This document shows, piece by piece, positions 23,853 through 40,816 of a stretch of DNA of 64,000 nucleotides (position 1 is the first letter of the stretch; the number at the start of each line of letters is the position of its first letter). The DNA lies in assembly GCA_963758555.1 (NCBI GenBank), contig CAVWVW010000004.1, positions 19,791 through 83,790 on the forward strand, in the 5' to 3' direction. The notes beneath the pieces are model-generated. The model was not told the DNA's origin. It saw only the letters and a program-made list of their open reading frames with translations, and did no database searches. A program made the position numbers and the translations under genes. Origin of the DNA: an uncultured Acidimicrobiales bacterium. Lineage in GTDB: Bacteria; Actinomycetota; Acidimicrobiia; Acidimicrobiales; RAAP-2.

Positions 23853-24600
23853 CTACTTGCTCTTCTCCTGGGTCTCGTCCTCGTCGGCTGCCTCATCGCT
23901 TGGCGCCTCATCGGCCACCACGCTCTCGTCGGCTGCCTCGACCTCGGCGTCCGTCGCCTCGTCCGTCGCTTCTTCGGTTGCCTCGTCGTCGGTCTCGTCC
24001 ACGGTCTCGTCCGTCGTCTCGATGACGGCGTCGTCGACTTCGATGGCCTCGGTCTCGTCGAGCGCCTCGACCCTCGAGCTCAGCCTCCTCGGCCTCACGA
24101 GCCAGGTCGGCCTCACGGGCGGCGTCACGACGACGTCCCCGACCCTGCTGGTCAGCCCGACGCTGCGACTCAGAGACGCGTCGGGCACGGTTGGTGCCGG
24201 CGGCCTGGCGCGAGACCAGACGGCGCTCCAAGCGCTCTTCGTCCATGCGGTCGACCACGATCGTGATGTGACAGGTCCGCTTCATGATCTTGGAGGCTCG
24301 GCCTCGGGCACGAGGCTTCCAGCGCTTCATCGTGGCGCCCTCATCGGCGTAGCAGGCAGCGACGTAGAGGTCGTCGGCCACTTGGCCGTCGTTGTGCGTG
24401 GCGTTGGCGACGGCAGAGGCCAGCACCTTGGCGACCACACGACCGGCCTCGCGCTCGACGCCGTTCAAGATCTCAGCGGCACGGTCGACGTCCTGGCCCC
24501 GGATGAGGTCAAGGACCTGACGGGCCTTCGACGCCGACATGTGGAAGTGGCGAAGGACCGCCTTGGTGCCCGGACGCTCGTTGGTCTTCGGACCAGTCAT
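23853..24600 (-). CDS. rplV: 50S ribosomal protein uL22 with a long acidic C-terminal extension, frame-disrupted
   Basis: ORF 23908..24600 holds the uL22 body ([22 protein letters not shown]). The tail [22 protein letters not shown]...EDETQEKSK is in the frame of ORF 23853..24188 and stops 1 nt before the rpsC start. The shift is at a G run near 24072. The span is 748 nt = 3n+1. Confidence 0.85.
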
Positions 24601-24875
24601 CGACGGCCCACCTTCTCTTGACCGGCGTGGAAGCGGAAGGTCCGGGTGGGAGCGAACTCACCAAGCTTGTGGCCGACCATCGACTCGGTCACGAAGACAG
24701 GGACGTGGCGACGGCCATCGTGCACCGCGATGGTGTGCCCGACCATGTCCGGGATGATCGTCGAGCGACGAGACCAGGTCTTGATGACCTTCTTCTCGTT
24801 GGACTCGTTGAGCGCGTCGACCTTCTTGAGCAGGTGGTCGTCGACGAAGGCGCCCTTCTTCAAGCTTCTCGGCAT
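24597..24875 (-). CDS. rpsS: 30S ribosomal protein uS19
   Basis: 92-aa ORF starting [19 protein letters not shown]. Confidence 0.95.
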   Translation of the reverse strand: MPRSLKKGAFVDDHLLKKVDALNESNEKKVIKTWSRRSTIIPDMVGHTIAVHDGRRHVPVFVTESMVGHKLGEFAPTRTFRFHAGQEKVGRR

Positions 24876-24886
24876 GGCGTGTCTCC

Positions 24887-25724
24887 CTAGCGCCGCGCGC
24901 CGCGTGTGCGGCGGCGACGGATGATGAGCTGATCTGACTGCTTCTTGCCGGCACGGGTGCGGCCCTCAGGCTGACCCCACGGCGAGACGGGGTGACGTCC
25001 ACCCGAGGTCTTGCCTTCACCGCCACCCAGAGGGGTGGTCGACAGGGTTCATCGCCACACCACGGGTCTGCGGGCGCTTGCCCTTCCAGCGGTTGCGGCC
25101 GGCCTTACCGATCTTGATGAGCTCGTGCTCAGAGTTGCCGACCACGCCCAAGGTGGCGACGCAGTCGATGGGCACCCGGCGCATCTCGGTGGAGGGCAGT
25201 CGCAGGGTGGCAAAGCCCCCGTCCTTGGCCACGAGCTGGACGCTCATGCCTGCTCCGCGAGCGAGCTTGCCGCCGCCGCCAGGTCGCAGCTCGACGTTGT
25301 GGACGACCGAGCCGGTCGGGATGTAGCGCATGGGCAGGGCGTTGCCGGTGCGGATCTCCGCACCTTGGCCGCTCTGGAGCTTGTCGCCGACCTGGAGGCC
25401 GTTGGGAGCGAGGATGTAGCGCTTCTCACCGTCGTGGTAGTGGAGCAGGGCGATGCGAGCCGAGCGGTTCGGGTCGTACTCGATCGAGGCAACAGTGGCC
25501 GGGACGCCGTTCTTGTTCCGACGGAAGTCGACGATGCGGTACTGCTGCTTGTGGCCGCCACCACGGTGACGAGAGGTCTTCCTCCCGTGGGCGTTGCGAC
25601 CGCCGCTCTTGGGCTTCGGCGCCAAGAGGGACTTCTCGGGCGTGTCCTTGGTGATCTCGGAGAAGTCCGAGACCGTCTGGAACCGGCGGCCCGGGCTGGT
25701 GGGCTTGCGTGAGCGAAGTGCCAT
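24887..25724 (-). CDS. rplB: 50S ribosomal protein uL2, frame-disrupted near the 3' end
   Basis: ORF 25017..25724 ends ...[14 protein letters not shown]. The conserved continuation [47 protein letters not shown] is read in another frame down to a TAG at 24887. An extra base lies near 25031-25035. The span is 838 nt = 3n+1. Confidence 0.9.
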
Positions 25725-25739
25725 CTAAGTCGTGTCTCT

Positions 25740-26030
25740 CTAGTTCTCGAACAGGTCGATCGAGTCGCCCGGCGCCAGCGTCACGAAGGCGCGCTTGGTG
25801 TCGGGCTTTGAGCCAGTGGTGTTGGTGCGACGGTTCCGCGTGGCCTTGCCCTTGCGGTTGAGCGTGTTGACCTTGGTGACGGTGACGCCGAAGGCCTGCT
25901 CGACGGCGTGGCGCACGTCGATCTTGGTGGCCGAGCGGTCGACGACGAACACGTAGGTCCCGGCGTCCATGAGGCCGTAGGTCTTCTCGGAGACGACGGG
26001 TCGGACGAGGACGGACATGGGATCACGCAT
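25740..26030 (-). CDS. rplW: 50S ribosomal protein uL23
   Basis: 96-aa ORF containing RPVVSEKTYGLMDAGTYVFVV. Confidence 0.95.
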   Translation of the reverse strand: MRDPMSVLVRPVVSEKTYGLMDAGTYVFVVDRSATKIDVRHAVEQAFGVTVTKVNTLNRKGKATRNRRTNTTGSKPDTKRAFVTLAPGDSIDLFEN

Positions 26031-26716
26031 CAGGCGACCTCCTCCTTGGTGGCCGACGTGGGCAGGGTGGCGTCGGTGAAGACCAGCCAGTCAGCGCGGA
26101 TGATGTCATAGGCGTTGAGCTCGCCTTCGACGGCGCAGTGCACGCGGGTGAGGTTCTTGAAGCTCTTCTGTGCCGTGGTGTCATCAGCCGAGAGGATGAT
26201 GAGCACCGAGCCGTCGAGACCCAGGGCCTCGAGTGCGGCGACGGCGTCCTTGGTCTTCGGAGCGTCGAAGCCGAAGGAGTCCACCAGAGCGACGCGACCG
26301 AGCTTGGCTCGGTCTGAGAGCGCCGAGCGAAGGGCGAGGCGGATCATCTTCTTGGGCGTCTTCTGGCTGTACGAGCGAGGCTTCGGGCCGAGGGCCACGC
26401 CACCGCCCACCCACTGGGGCGAGCGGGTCGAGCCCTGGCGAGCACGACCGGTGCCCTTCTGACGGAAGGGCTTGGTGCCACCGCCACGGACCTCGGCCCG
26501 GGTCTTGGTGGACTGGGTGCCTGCACGACGAGCAGCGAGCTGGGCAGTGATCACCTGGTGGAGCACGCTCTCGTTGGGCTCGATGCCGAAGAGCTCGGGG
26601 TCGAGATCAACCGTGCCCAAGACGGCGCCGGTGACGTCACGACGCTCGACGCTGCGTGCCTCGGGGGCAGGTCGGTCCTTCTTGACAGGACCGCGAAGGG
26701 TGTGGAGCTCGCTCAC
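26030..26716 (-). CDS. rplD: 50S ribosomal protein uL4
   Basis: 228-aa ORF containing VRGGGTKPFRQKGTGRARQGSTRSPQW. Confidence 0.95.
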   Translation of the reverse strand: MSELHTLRGPVKKDRPAPEARSVERRDVTGAVLGTVDLDPELFGIEPNESVLHQVITAQLAARRAGTQSTKTRAEVRGGGTKPFRQKGTGRARQGSTRSPQWVGGGVALGPKPRSYSQKTPKKMIRLALRSALSDRAKLGRVALVDSFGFDAPKTKDAVAALEALGLDGSVLIILSADDTTAQKSFKNLTRVHCAVEGELNAYDIIRADWLVFTDATLPTSATKEEVA

Positions 26717-27375
26717 TTGGAGCCTCCCTGCTTGGCCGTCGGCACCTTGACCGAGTTGCGGACCATGACCACGCTGCCCCGAGAGCCAGGAACGTTGCCC
26801 TTGACCAAGAGGAGGTTGCGCTCGACGTCGGCGGCTACCACCTCGAGGTTGGTCGTGGTGACCTTCTGGCCACCCATCCTCCCAGCCATCTTGGTGCCCT
26901 TGAAGACTCGTCCGGGGGTGGCGCAGCCGCCGATGGAACCGGGAGCACGGTGGTGCTTGTGGTTACCGTGGCTGGCCCCTTGGCCCTTGAAGTTGTGACG
27001 CTTCATGCCACCCGCGAAGCCCTTGCCCTTGGAGGTGGCAGACGCATCGACGTGCTCGCCCTTCTCGAAGAGCTCGACCGTCAGCTCCTGGCCCACGGTG
27101 TAGTCAGCCACGTCATCGAGACGCAGCTCGACGAGCTTGGTGCCGGCCGCAACGCCAGCGGCGTCGAAGTGACCAGCCGCAGGCTGGTTGAGCGCACCGG
27201 CGCGCTTGGTGCCCCAGGTGACCTGGAGCGCGGCATAGCCGTCGGTCTCGGGCGTCTTGACCTGCACGACACGCAGCGGCGAGACGCGCAGAACCGTCAC
27301 CGGGATGGCTCGGTTCTCCTCGTCCCAGACCTGTGTCATGCCGACCTTCTCGCCGACAATCGCCTTCGTTGCCAC
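26713..27375 (-). CDS. rplC: 50S ribosomal protein uL3
   Basis: 220-aa ORF with a GTG start and AAGGAAGG upstream. It contains GKGFAGGMKRHNFKGQGASHG. Confidence 0.95.
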   Translation of the reverse strand: MATKAIVGEKVGMTQVWDEENRAIPVTVLRVSPLRVVQVKTPETDGYAALQVTWGTKRAGALNQPAAGHFDAAGVAAGTKLVELRLDDVADYTVGQELTVELFEKGEHVDASATSKGKGFAGGMKRHNFKGQGASHGNHKHHRAPGSIGGCATPGRVFKGTKMAGRMGGQKVTTTNLEVVAADVERNLLLVKGNVPGSRGSVVMVRNSVKVPTAKQGGSK

Positions 27376-27627
27376 TTTGCAACCTTCCTTGACTGGGTGT
27401 CGGCGGACTACGCCGGCACGCAGACGCTCCGCCCGGGAATCCCCGAGCGGAGCGCTCGACTGGTGCGGCCCGGTGTCCCTCCGCGAGGAGGCTGCCGAGC
27501 ACGTCTACTGTGGACACCCCGGTTACCCGGAGCATCGATCCCGACCCGAGAGGGCAGGGCTTGCCACTCTAGACCACCCAGGCACCCGACGCCAGCAGGC
27601 ATCGGGGCTCTGGTGAGCCTCGAGGAG
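27376..27627 (-). promoter_or_regulatory. unusually long, hairpin-dense intercistronic spacer between rpsJ and rplC (candidate leader, attenuator or processing element)
   Basis: No gene-like ORF is present. At least five stem-loops fold on the transcribed strand, including a perfect 13-bp stem with a GAUU loop (27425..27454) and a 6-bp stem with a GUAA loop (27517..27532). Confidence 0.35.
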
Positions 27628-27936
27628 CTATTGGATCTTGATCTCGATGTCCACGCCGGCAGGCAGGTCGAGTCGCTGGAGCGAGTCGACGGTCTTGGGC
27701 GTGTGCTCGATGATGTCGACCAACCGCTTGTGGACCCGCATCTCGAAGTGCTCGCGAGAGTCCTTGTACTTGTGCGGGCTGCGAATCACCGTGTAGCGGT
27801 GCTTCTCGGTCGGCAGGGGAACTGGCCCCTGGATCTTGGCCTGGGTGCGCAGGACCGTCTGGACGATCTTCTCGGTCGACTGATCGAGAATCTCGTGGTC
27901 ATACGCCTTGAGCCTGATCCGGATCTTCTGGGCCAT
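27628..27936 (-). CDS. rpsJ: 30S ribosomal protein uS10
   Basis: 102-aa ORF starting [20 protein letters not shown]. It lies only 31 nt downstream of the tuf stop. Confidence 0.95.
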   Translation of the reverse strand: MAQKIRIRLKAYDHEILDQSTEKIVQTVLRTQAKIQGPVPLPTEKHRYTVIRSPHKYKDSREHFEMRVHKRLVDIIEHTPKTVDSLQRLDLPAGVDIEIKIQ

Positions 27937-27967
27937 GTGTGTGTCCTCTTAACCGTAGGAGCGATGC

Positions 27968-29155
27968 TTACTTGAGGATCTTGGTCACGCGACCGGCGCC
28001 GACGGTGCGGCCACCTTCACGGATGGCGAAGCGAAGGCCCTCGTCCATGGCGATCGGCTTGCCGAGCTCGACGGTCATCTCGGTGTTGTCACCGGGCATC
28101 ACCATCTCGGTGCCCGACGGCAGCTCGATCGAACCGGTCACGTCCGTGGTCCGGAAGTAGAACTGCGGGCGGTAGTTGGAGAAGAACGGCTTGTGACGGC
28201 CACCCTCGTCCTTGGTCAGCACGTAGACGTTCGCCTCGAAGTTGGTGTGCGGCGTGATCGAGCCGGGCTTGCAGAGCACCTGGCCACGCTCGACGTCTTC
28301 CTTCTTCGTGCCACGAAGCAGGGCGCCGATGTTGTCGCCAGCCTGACCCTGGTCGAGGAGCTTGCGGAACATCTCGACGCCGGTGATGGTCGTCTTCTGC
28401 GTGTCGCGCAGACCGACGATCTCCACCTCGTCGCCGACGTTGACGATGCCCTGCTCGACCTTGCCGGTCACGACCGTGCCACGGCCGGTGATGGACATGA
28501 CGTCCTCGACAGGCATGAGGAAGGGCTTGACGATGTCACGCTCGGGCTCGGGGATGTAGGAGTCGACCTGCTCCATGAGCTCGAGGATCTGCGGCGTCCA
28601 CTCGGGGTCGCCCTCGAGGGCCTTGAGGGCCGAGACCTTGACGATCGGCGTGTCGTCACCAGGGAACTCGTACTCGTTGAGCAGCTCGCGGACCTCCATC
28701 TCGACGAGCTCCAAGAGCTCCTCGTCGTCGACCATGTCCGCCTTGTTGAGCGCTACCACGATGTAGGGCACGCCCACCTGACGCGCCAGCAGCACGTGCT
28801 CACGGGTCTGGGGCATGGGTCCGTCGGTGGCCGAGACCACGAGGATCGCTCCATCGATCTGGGCAGCACCCGTGATCATGTTCTTGATGTAGTCAGCGTG
28901 ACCCGGCATGTCGACGTGGGCGTAGTGACGGTTCGCCGTCTCGTACTCCACGTGGGCGATCGAGATCGTGATGCCGCGCTGGCGCTCCTCGGGAGCCTTG
29001 TCGATCTGGTCGAAGGGCGTGAACTCAGTGCCAGGGTTGGCTTCCGAGAGCACCTTGGTGATGGCGGCGGTCAGCGTCGTCTTGCCATGGTCGATGTGAC
29101 CCATCGTTCCGATGTTGACGTGCGGCTTGTTGCGCTCGAACTTCTGCTTTGCCAT
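27968..29155 (-). CDS. tuf: translation elongation factor Tu
   Basis: 395-aa ORF starting [32 protein letters not shown]. Confidence 0.97.
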   Translation of the reverse strand: MAKQKFERNKPHVNIGTMGHIDHGKTTLTAAITKVLSEANPGTEFTPFDQIDKAPEERQRGITISIAHVEYETANRHYAHVDMPGHADYIKNMITGAAQIDGAILVVSATDGPMPQTREHVLLARQVGVPYIVVALNKADMVDDEELLELVEMEVRELLNEYEFPGDDTPIVKVSALKALEGDPEWTPQILELMEQVDSYIPEPERDIVKPFLMPVEDVMSITGRGTVVTGKVEQGIVNVGDEVEIVGLRDTQKTTITGVEMFRKLLDQGQAGDNIGALLRGTKKEDVERGQVLCKPGSITPHTNFEANVYVLTKDEGGRHKPFFSNYRPQFYFRTTDVTGSIELPSGTEMVMPGDNTEMTVELGKPIAMDEGLRFAIREGGRTVGAGRVTKILK

Positions 29156-29296
29156 GGTGCGGGAACCTCTCCCTGGTTTCGGGCGATGCCCCCTCGGGCC
29201 CGCCGCTGACGTTGTTCTTTGGGTTTGCTTGCCACCTCGTCACAGCAGACGCCGATCAGAGAGAGACCTTGTTGGTGCCGAGCGTGCTCGGCGGTG

Positions 29297-31396
29297 TTAC
29301 GCCCCCGTCGCCCGAGCGATGATCTCCTTGGAGACCGACTCGGGAACTTCGGCGTAAGCGTGGAACTGCATCGAGTACGTAGCTCGACCCTGTGTGCGCG
29401 AACGCAGGTCGGTAGCGTAGCCGAACATATCGGCCAGGGGAACCACGGAGCGGATGACGTGGCTGTTGCCCCGCTGCTCCATGCCCTCGACCTTGCCGCG
29501 ACGAGACGACAGGTCGCCGATCACGTCACCCATGTAGTCCTCAGGGGTCACGACCTCGACGGCCATGACGGGCTCCAAGAGCACAGGAGAGGCCAGGCGG
29601 GTCGCCTTCTTGATGGCGAGCGAACCAGCGATCTTGAACGCCATCTCAGAGGAGTCGACGTCGTGGTAGGAGCCGTAGGTCAGCGTGACCTTGAGGTCCT
29701 CCATCGGGTACCCGGCAAGGACACCGGAGGTGAGCGACTCGACGATGCCCTGGTTGATGGAGCCGATGTACTCCTTCGGGATCACACCGCCCGTGATGGC
29801 GTCGACGAACTCGTAGCCGCCACCAGGGCCGGTCGGCTCGACGGTGATCACCACGTGGCCGTACTGGCCCTTGCCACCGGTCTGGCGGACGTACTTCTCC
29901 TCGACCTTCTCGACGGTCTTGCGGATCGTCTCGCGGTAGGCCACCTGGGGCTTGCCCACGTTGGCGTCCACGCTGAACTCGCGCAGCATGCGGTCGACGA
30001 GGACCTCGAGGTGGAGCTCGCCCATGCCCGAGATGACCGTCTGGTTGGTCTCCTCGTCGGTGCGGACCCGGAAGGTGGGGTCCTCCTCGCTCAGCGCGTA
30101 GAGGGCCTTCGACAGCTTGTCCTGGTCGGCCTTGGTCTTGGGCTCGACCGCCACGTGGATGACGGGCTCGGGGAACTCGAGGGCCTCGAGCAGGATCGGG
30201 TGATCGGGGTCGGACAGCGTGTCGCCGGTGGTGGTGTTCTTGAGGCCGACAGCGGCGATGATGTCGCCGGTGCGGCAGACGTCCTTGTCCTCACGGGTGT
30301 TGGCGTGCATCTGGAGGAGGCGGCCGATGCGCTCCTTCTTGTTGCCCTTCGTCGTGTTGGTCAGCGTGCCGCCCTTTTCGAAGGTGCCCGAGTAGACCCG
30401 AAGGTAGGTGAGCTTGCCGACGTAGGGGTCGGTCATGATCTTGAACGCCAAGGCCGAGAACGGCGCGTCGTCGGAGACCTCACGGGTCAGCACGTCTTCC
30501 TTCCCCGGCACGGTGCCCGTGGTCGGGGGCAGGTCGAGGGGCGAAGGCAGGAAGTCGACGACAGCATCGAGCATGGGCTGGACGCCCTTGTTCTTGAAGG
30601 CGGTGCCGCACAGGATCGGCACGATGGCGGTGGCCAAGGTGGCGGTGCGCAGGGCGCGACGCAGGTCAGCGGCGGTGATCTCCTCGTCGCCGAGGTACTT
30701 CTCCATGATGGTGTCGTCGAAGTTGCTGAGCGAGTCGACGAGCTCGTGCCGAGCCTCCTCCGCCGCCTCTTGGAGCTCAGCGGGGATGTCCTCGGTCTTG
30801 TACTCCTCGCCCATCCCGTCTTCCCAGACGAGGGCCTTCATGGCCAGGACGTCGACGACGCCCAGGAAGTCGGACTCAGCGCCGATGGGCAGCTGGATGA
30901 CGGCCACGGTGGCGTCGAGGCGGTCCTTGATCATCTCGACGCAGCGGTCGAAGTCGGCACCGGTGCGGTCCATCTTGTTGACGAAGCACATGCGAGGCAC
31001 GTCGTACTTGTTGGCCTGGCGCCAGACCGTCTCGGTCTGGGGCTCGACGCCGGCGACAGCGTCGAAGACCGCGACGGCACCGTCGAGGACGCGCAGGCTC
31101 CGCTCGACCTCGACCGTGAAGTCGACGTGGCCCGGGGTGTCGATGATGTTGATCTGGTGGTCGTTCCACGCGCAGGTGGTGGCCGCCGAGGTGATGGTGA
31201 TGCCGCGCTCTTGCTCCTGGACCATCCAGTCCATGGTCGCTGCGCCCTCGTGGACCTCACCGATCTTGTAGTTGCGGCCCGTGTAGTACAGGATCCGCTC
31301 GGTGGTGGTCGTCTTGCCGGCGTCGATGTGCGCCATGATGCCGATGTTGCGGATCCGCTCGAGGGGGACCTCACGTGGGAGGGGGGCGTCTGCCAT
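29297..31396 (-). CDS. fusA: translation elongation factor G
   Basis: 699-aa ORF containing [26 protein letters not shown]. Confidence 0.97.
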   Translation of the reverse strand: MADAPLPREVPLERIRNIGIMAHIDAGKTTTTERILYYTGRNYKIGEVHEGAATMDWMVQEQERGITITSAATTCAWNDHQINIIDTPGHVDFTVEVERSLRVLDGAVAVFDAVAGVEPQTETVWRQANKYDVPRMCFVNKMDRTGADFDRCVEMIKDRLDATVAVIQLPIGAESDFLGVVDVLAMKALVWEDGMGEEYKTEDIPAELQEAAEEARHELVDSLSNFDDTIMEKYLGDEEITAADLRRALRTATLATAIVPILCGTAFKNKGVQPMLDAVVDFLPSPLDLPPTTGTVPGKEDVLTREVSDDAPFSALAFKIMTDPYVGKLTYLRVYSGTFEKGGTLTNTTKGNKKERIGRLLQMHANTREDKDVCRTGDIIAAVGLKNTTTGDTLSDPDHPILLEALEFPEPVIHVAVEPKTKADQDKLSKALYALSEEDPTFRVRTDEETNQTVISGMGELHLEVLVDRMLREFSVDANVGKPQVAYRETIRKTVEKVEEKYVRQTGGKGQYGHVVITVEPTGPGGGYEFVDAITGGVIPKEYIGSINQGIVESLTSGVLAGYPMEDLKVTLTYGSYHDVDSSEMAFKIAGSLAIKKATRLASPVLLEPVMAVEVVTPEDYMGDVIGDLSSRRGKVEGMEQRGNSHVIRSVVPLADMFGYATDLRSRTQGRATYSMQFHAYAEVPESVSKEIIARATGA

Positions 31397-31450
31397 TTCT
31401 CTAAGACCTTCTGATCTGCGCTGGGTGGGGAGGAGAGAGCGTGTCGCCGA

Positions 31451-31921
31451 CTACCAGCGGTAGTGGGCGAACGCCTTGTTGGATTCGGCCATCTTGTGAA
31501 GATCCTCTTTGCGCTTGACCGCAGCACCGACGCCGTTGGAGGCGTCAAGGATCTCGTTGGCGAGACGCTCGGCCATCGTCTTCTCACGACGCGAGCGCGA
31601 GTAGCCGACCAGCCAGCGGATGGCCAGCGTGGTGGCACGACGAGGGCGAACCTCGACCGGGACCTGGTAGGTCGCGCCGCCGACTCGACGACTGCGCACC
31701 TCGAGCTCGGGACGGACGTTCTCGACGGCGCGCTTGAGCACGGCCACCGGGTCAGCGTCGGTGCGCTCCTTGACGGTGTCGAGCGCGGTGTAGACGATGC
31801 GCTCGGCGATGGTGCGCTTGCCCTCGGAGAGGACCTTGTTGGTCACCTGGGTGACGAGCACCGAGCGGTAGACGGGGTCGGGAGCGAGGTCTCGACGGGG
31901 GGCTGGGCCACTGCGGGGCAT
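31451..31921 (-). CDS. rpsG: 30S ribosomal protein uS7
   Basis: The inner ATG at 31921 gives a 156-aa protein starting [20 protein letters not shown] and ending AFAHYRW. Confidence 0.93.
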   Translation of the reverse strand: MPRSGPAPRRDLAPDPVYRSVLVTQVTNKVLSEGKRTIAERIVYTALDTVKERTDADPVAVLKRAVENVRPELEVRSRRVGGATYQVPVEVRPRRATTLAIRWLVGYSRSRREKTMAERLANEILDASNGVGAAVKRKEDLHKMAESNKAFAHYRW

Positions 31922-31922
31922 C

Positions 31923-32294
31923 TCAGGACTCCTTCTTGGCGCCGTAGCGGCTACGGGCCTGTGCACGGTCGCGAACACCGGAGGTGTCGAGGGCGCCGCG
32001 GATCACCTTGTACCGAACACCCGGAAGGTCCTTCACACGACCACCACGCACGAGGACGATGGAGTGCTCTTGGAGGTTGTGACCGACGCCGGGGATGTAG
32101 GCGGTGATCTCAACACCCGAGGTGAGGCGGACACGGGCCACCTTGCGCAGCGCCGAGTTCGGCTTCTTCGGCGTGGTCGTGTACACGCGCGTGCAGACCC
32201 CTCGGCGCTGGGGAGCGCCCTTGAGCGCCGGGGTCTTCGTCTTGGTTGTCTTCGCCTGCCGGCCCTTGCGGACCAGCTGCTCAATCGTGGGCAC
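31923..32294 (-). CDS. rpsL: 30S ribosomal protein uS12
   Basis: 123-aa ORF starting [48 protein letters not shown]. Confidence 0.97.
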   Translation of the reverse strand: MPTIEQLVRKGRQAKTTKTKTPALKGAPQRRGVCTRVYTTTPKKPNSALRKVARVRLTSGVEITAYIPGVGHNLQEHSIVLVRGGRVKDLPGVRYKVIRGALDTSGVRDRAQARSRYGAKKES

Positions 32295-32379
32295 GCGCTA
32301 CCTCATAGGTTCTTCTTGAAAGGGGAAACTGCTATCTGCGCCGCGTCGGGGCCGAAGGCACCCGGGCGCTGGGTGTTCC

Positions 32380-32409
32380 ATGCTAGGGCGAAACTGCCTC
32401 CCTGAGCAA
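32380..32409 (-). promoter_or_regulatory. putative sigma-A type promoter of the rpsL-rpsG-fusA-tuf operon (-35 CTTGCTC, 18-nt spacer, -10 TAGCAT)
   Basis: On the minus strand the sequence reads CTTGCTC-N18-TAGCAT, about 85 nt upstream of the rpsL start and just downstream of the rpoC hairpin. Confidence 0.4.
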
Positions 32410-32442
32410 GCCGCCTGGAAGGGGCCTCCCCCACCAGGCGGC
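32410..32442 (-). terminator. GC-rich hairpin after rpoC (possible partial terminator without a U tract)
   Basis: The 9-bp stem GCCGCCUGG/CCAGGCGGC encloses GGGG-AGG-CCCC. It begins 28 nt after the rpoC stop. Confidence 0.4.
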
Positions 32443-32469
32443 CGCCAGGAGATTCGTCGCCGAGCAGGC

Positions 32470-40050
<7,581 letters not shown>

Positions 40051-40208
40051 CGGCTTATTCCTCCCTGGTGGGGTACTGCTTGGGATGGCTTGGGGACGAC
40101 TGATCTAGCTATGCGGCGAACGGGGCAACGCCAGGCTCCGCCGTTGGGACGCGCGCGGCAGCAGGAGCTGCTGCGACGAAGGCAGACGGAGAAAGCACGG
40201 CTCAGTCG

Positions 40209-40237
40209 ATGCTAGCGGTGATTCGAGGAGAGCACAA
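40209..40237 (-). promoter_or_regulatory. putative internal promoter upstream of rpoB (-35 TTGTGC, 17-nt spacer, -10 TAGCAT)
   Basis: On the minus strand the sequence reads TTGTGC-N17-TAGCAT, about 155 nt upstream of the rpoB start. Confidence 0.35.
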
Positions 40238-40331
40238 CAGGGGCCTGCGGGAGTCCCCGCAAGCGCCCCAAGGAGCCCTTGTGCTGTTGGTGACCCTAGA
40301 GAGGGCCTCCGTCTGCGTCAAGGACCCGACG

Positions 40332-40354
40332 CCTGGCCACATGAGGTGGCCAGG
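40332..40354 (-). terminator. hairpin after rplL (attenuator or partial terminator between rplL and rpoB)
   Basis: Perfect 9-bp stem CCUGGCCAC/GUGGCCAGG with a 5-nt loop. A second small hairpin lies directly after the rplL stop. No U tract is present. Confidence 0.4.
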
Positions 40355-40378
40355 GCCGGGCTCCCGGCAAAGAGCCGG

Positions 40379-40774
40379 CTACTTGAGTTCGACGGTGGCG
40401 CCGGCGCCCTCGAGGGCAGCCTTCGCCTTCTCGGCGTCTTCCTTCGACGCCTTCTCGAGGACGGGCTTCGGAGCCGAGTCGACGAGGTCCTTGGCCTCTT
40501 TGAGGCCGAGGCTGGTCAAGGAGCGGACCTCCTTGATGACCTGGATCTTCTTCTCACCAGCTGAGGTGAGGATGACGTCGAAGTCGCTCTGCTCCTCAGC
40601 AGCGGCCTCGCCGCCACCAGCGCCAGCAGCTGCGGGTGCGGCGGCTGCGGCCACGGGGGCGGCGGCGGTCACGCCGAAGCGCTCTTCGAAGTCGCTCAGC
40701 AGCTCGCTGAGCTCGATCACGCTGAGCTCGGCGATGCCGTCGAGGATCTGGTCCTTGGTCAGGGTGCCTGCCAT
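40379..40774 (-). CDS. rplL: 50S ribosomal protein bL12 (L7/L12)
   Basis: 131-aa ORF with an Ala/Gly hinge and the C-terminal domain [24 protein letters not shown]. Confidence 0.95.
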   Translation of the reverse strand: MAGTLTKDQILDGIAELSVIELSELLSDFEERFGVTAAAPVAAAAAPAAAGAGGGEAAAEEQSDFDVILTSAGEKKIQVIKEVRSLTSLGLKEAKDLVDSAPKPVLEKASKEDAEKAKAALEGAGATVELK

Positions 40775-40816
40775 GGGTATTCCTTTCGTTTATCGATCAG
40801 GTGTGTTGGTTGGGAA

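Noticed and set aside
27408-27602. A 64-aa ORF (MPAGVGCLGGLEWQ...) sits inside the rpsJ-rplC spacer.
   Set aside because: Its third-position GC is clearly lower than that of neighbouring genes. It has no Shine-Dalgarno sequence, and its Arg/Gly/Pro-rich sequence is implausible. The region is better explained as structured RNA.
29219-31414. A 731-aa plus-strand ORF covers the whole fusA locus.
   Set aside because: It is a shadow ORF antisense to an unmistakable EF-G gene. Its sequence is Arg/Gly/Asp/Val/Leu-rich and low in complexity, with no motifs. Long antisense ORFs are expected in GC-rich DNA.
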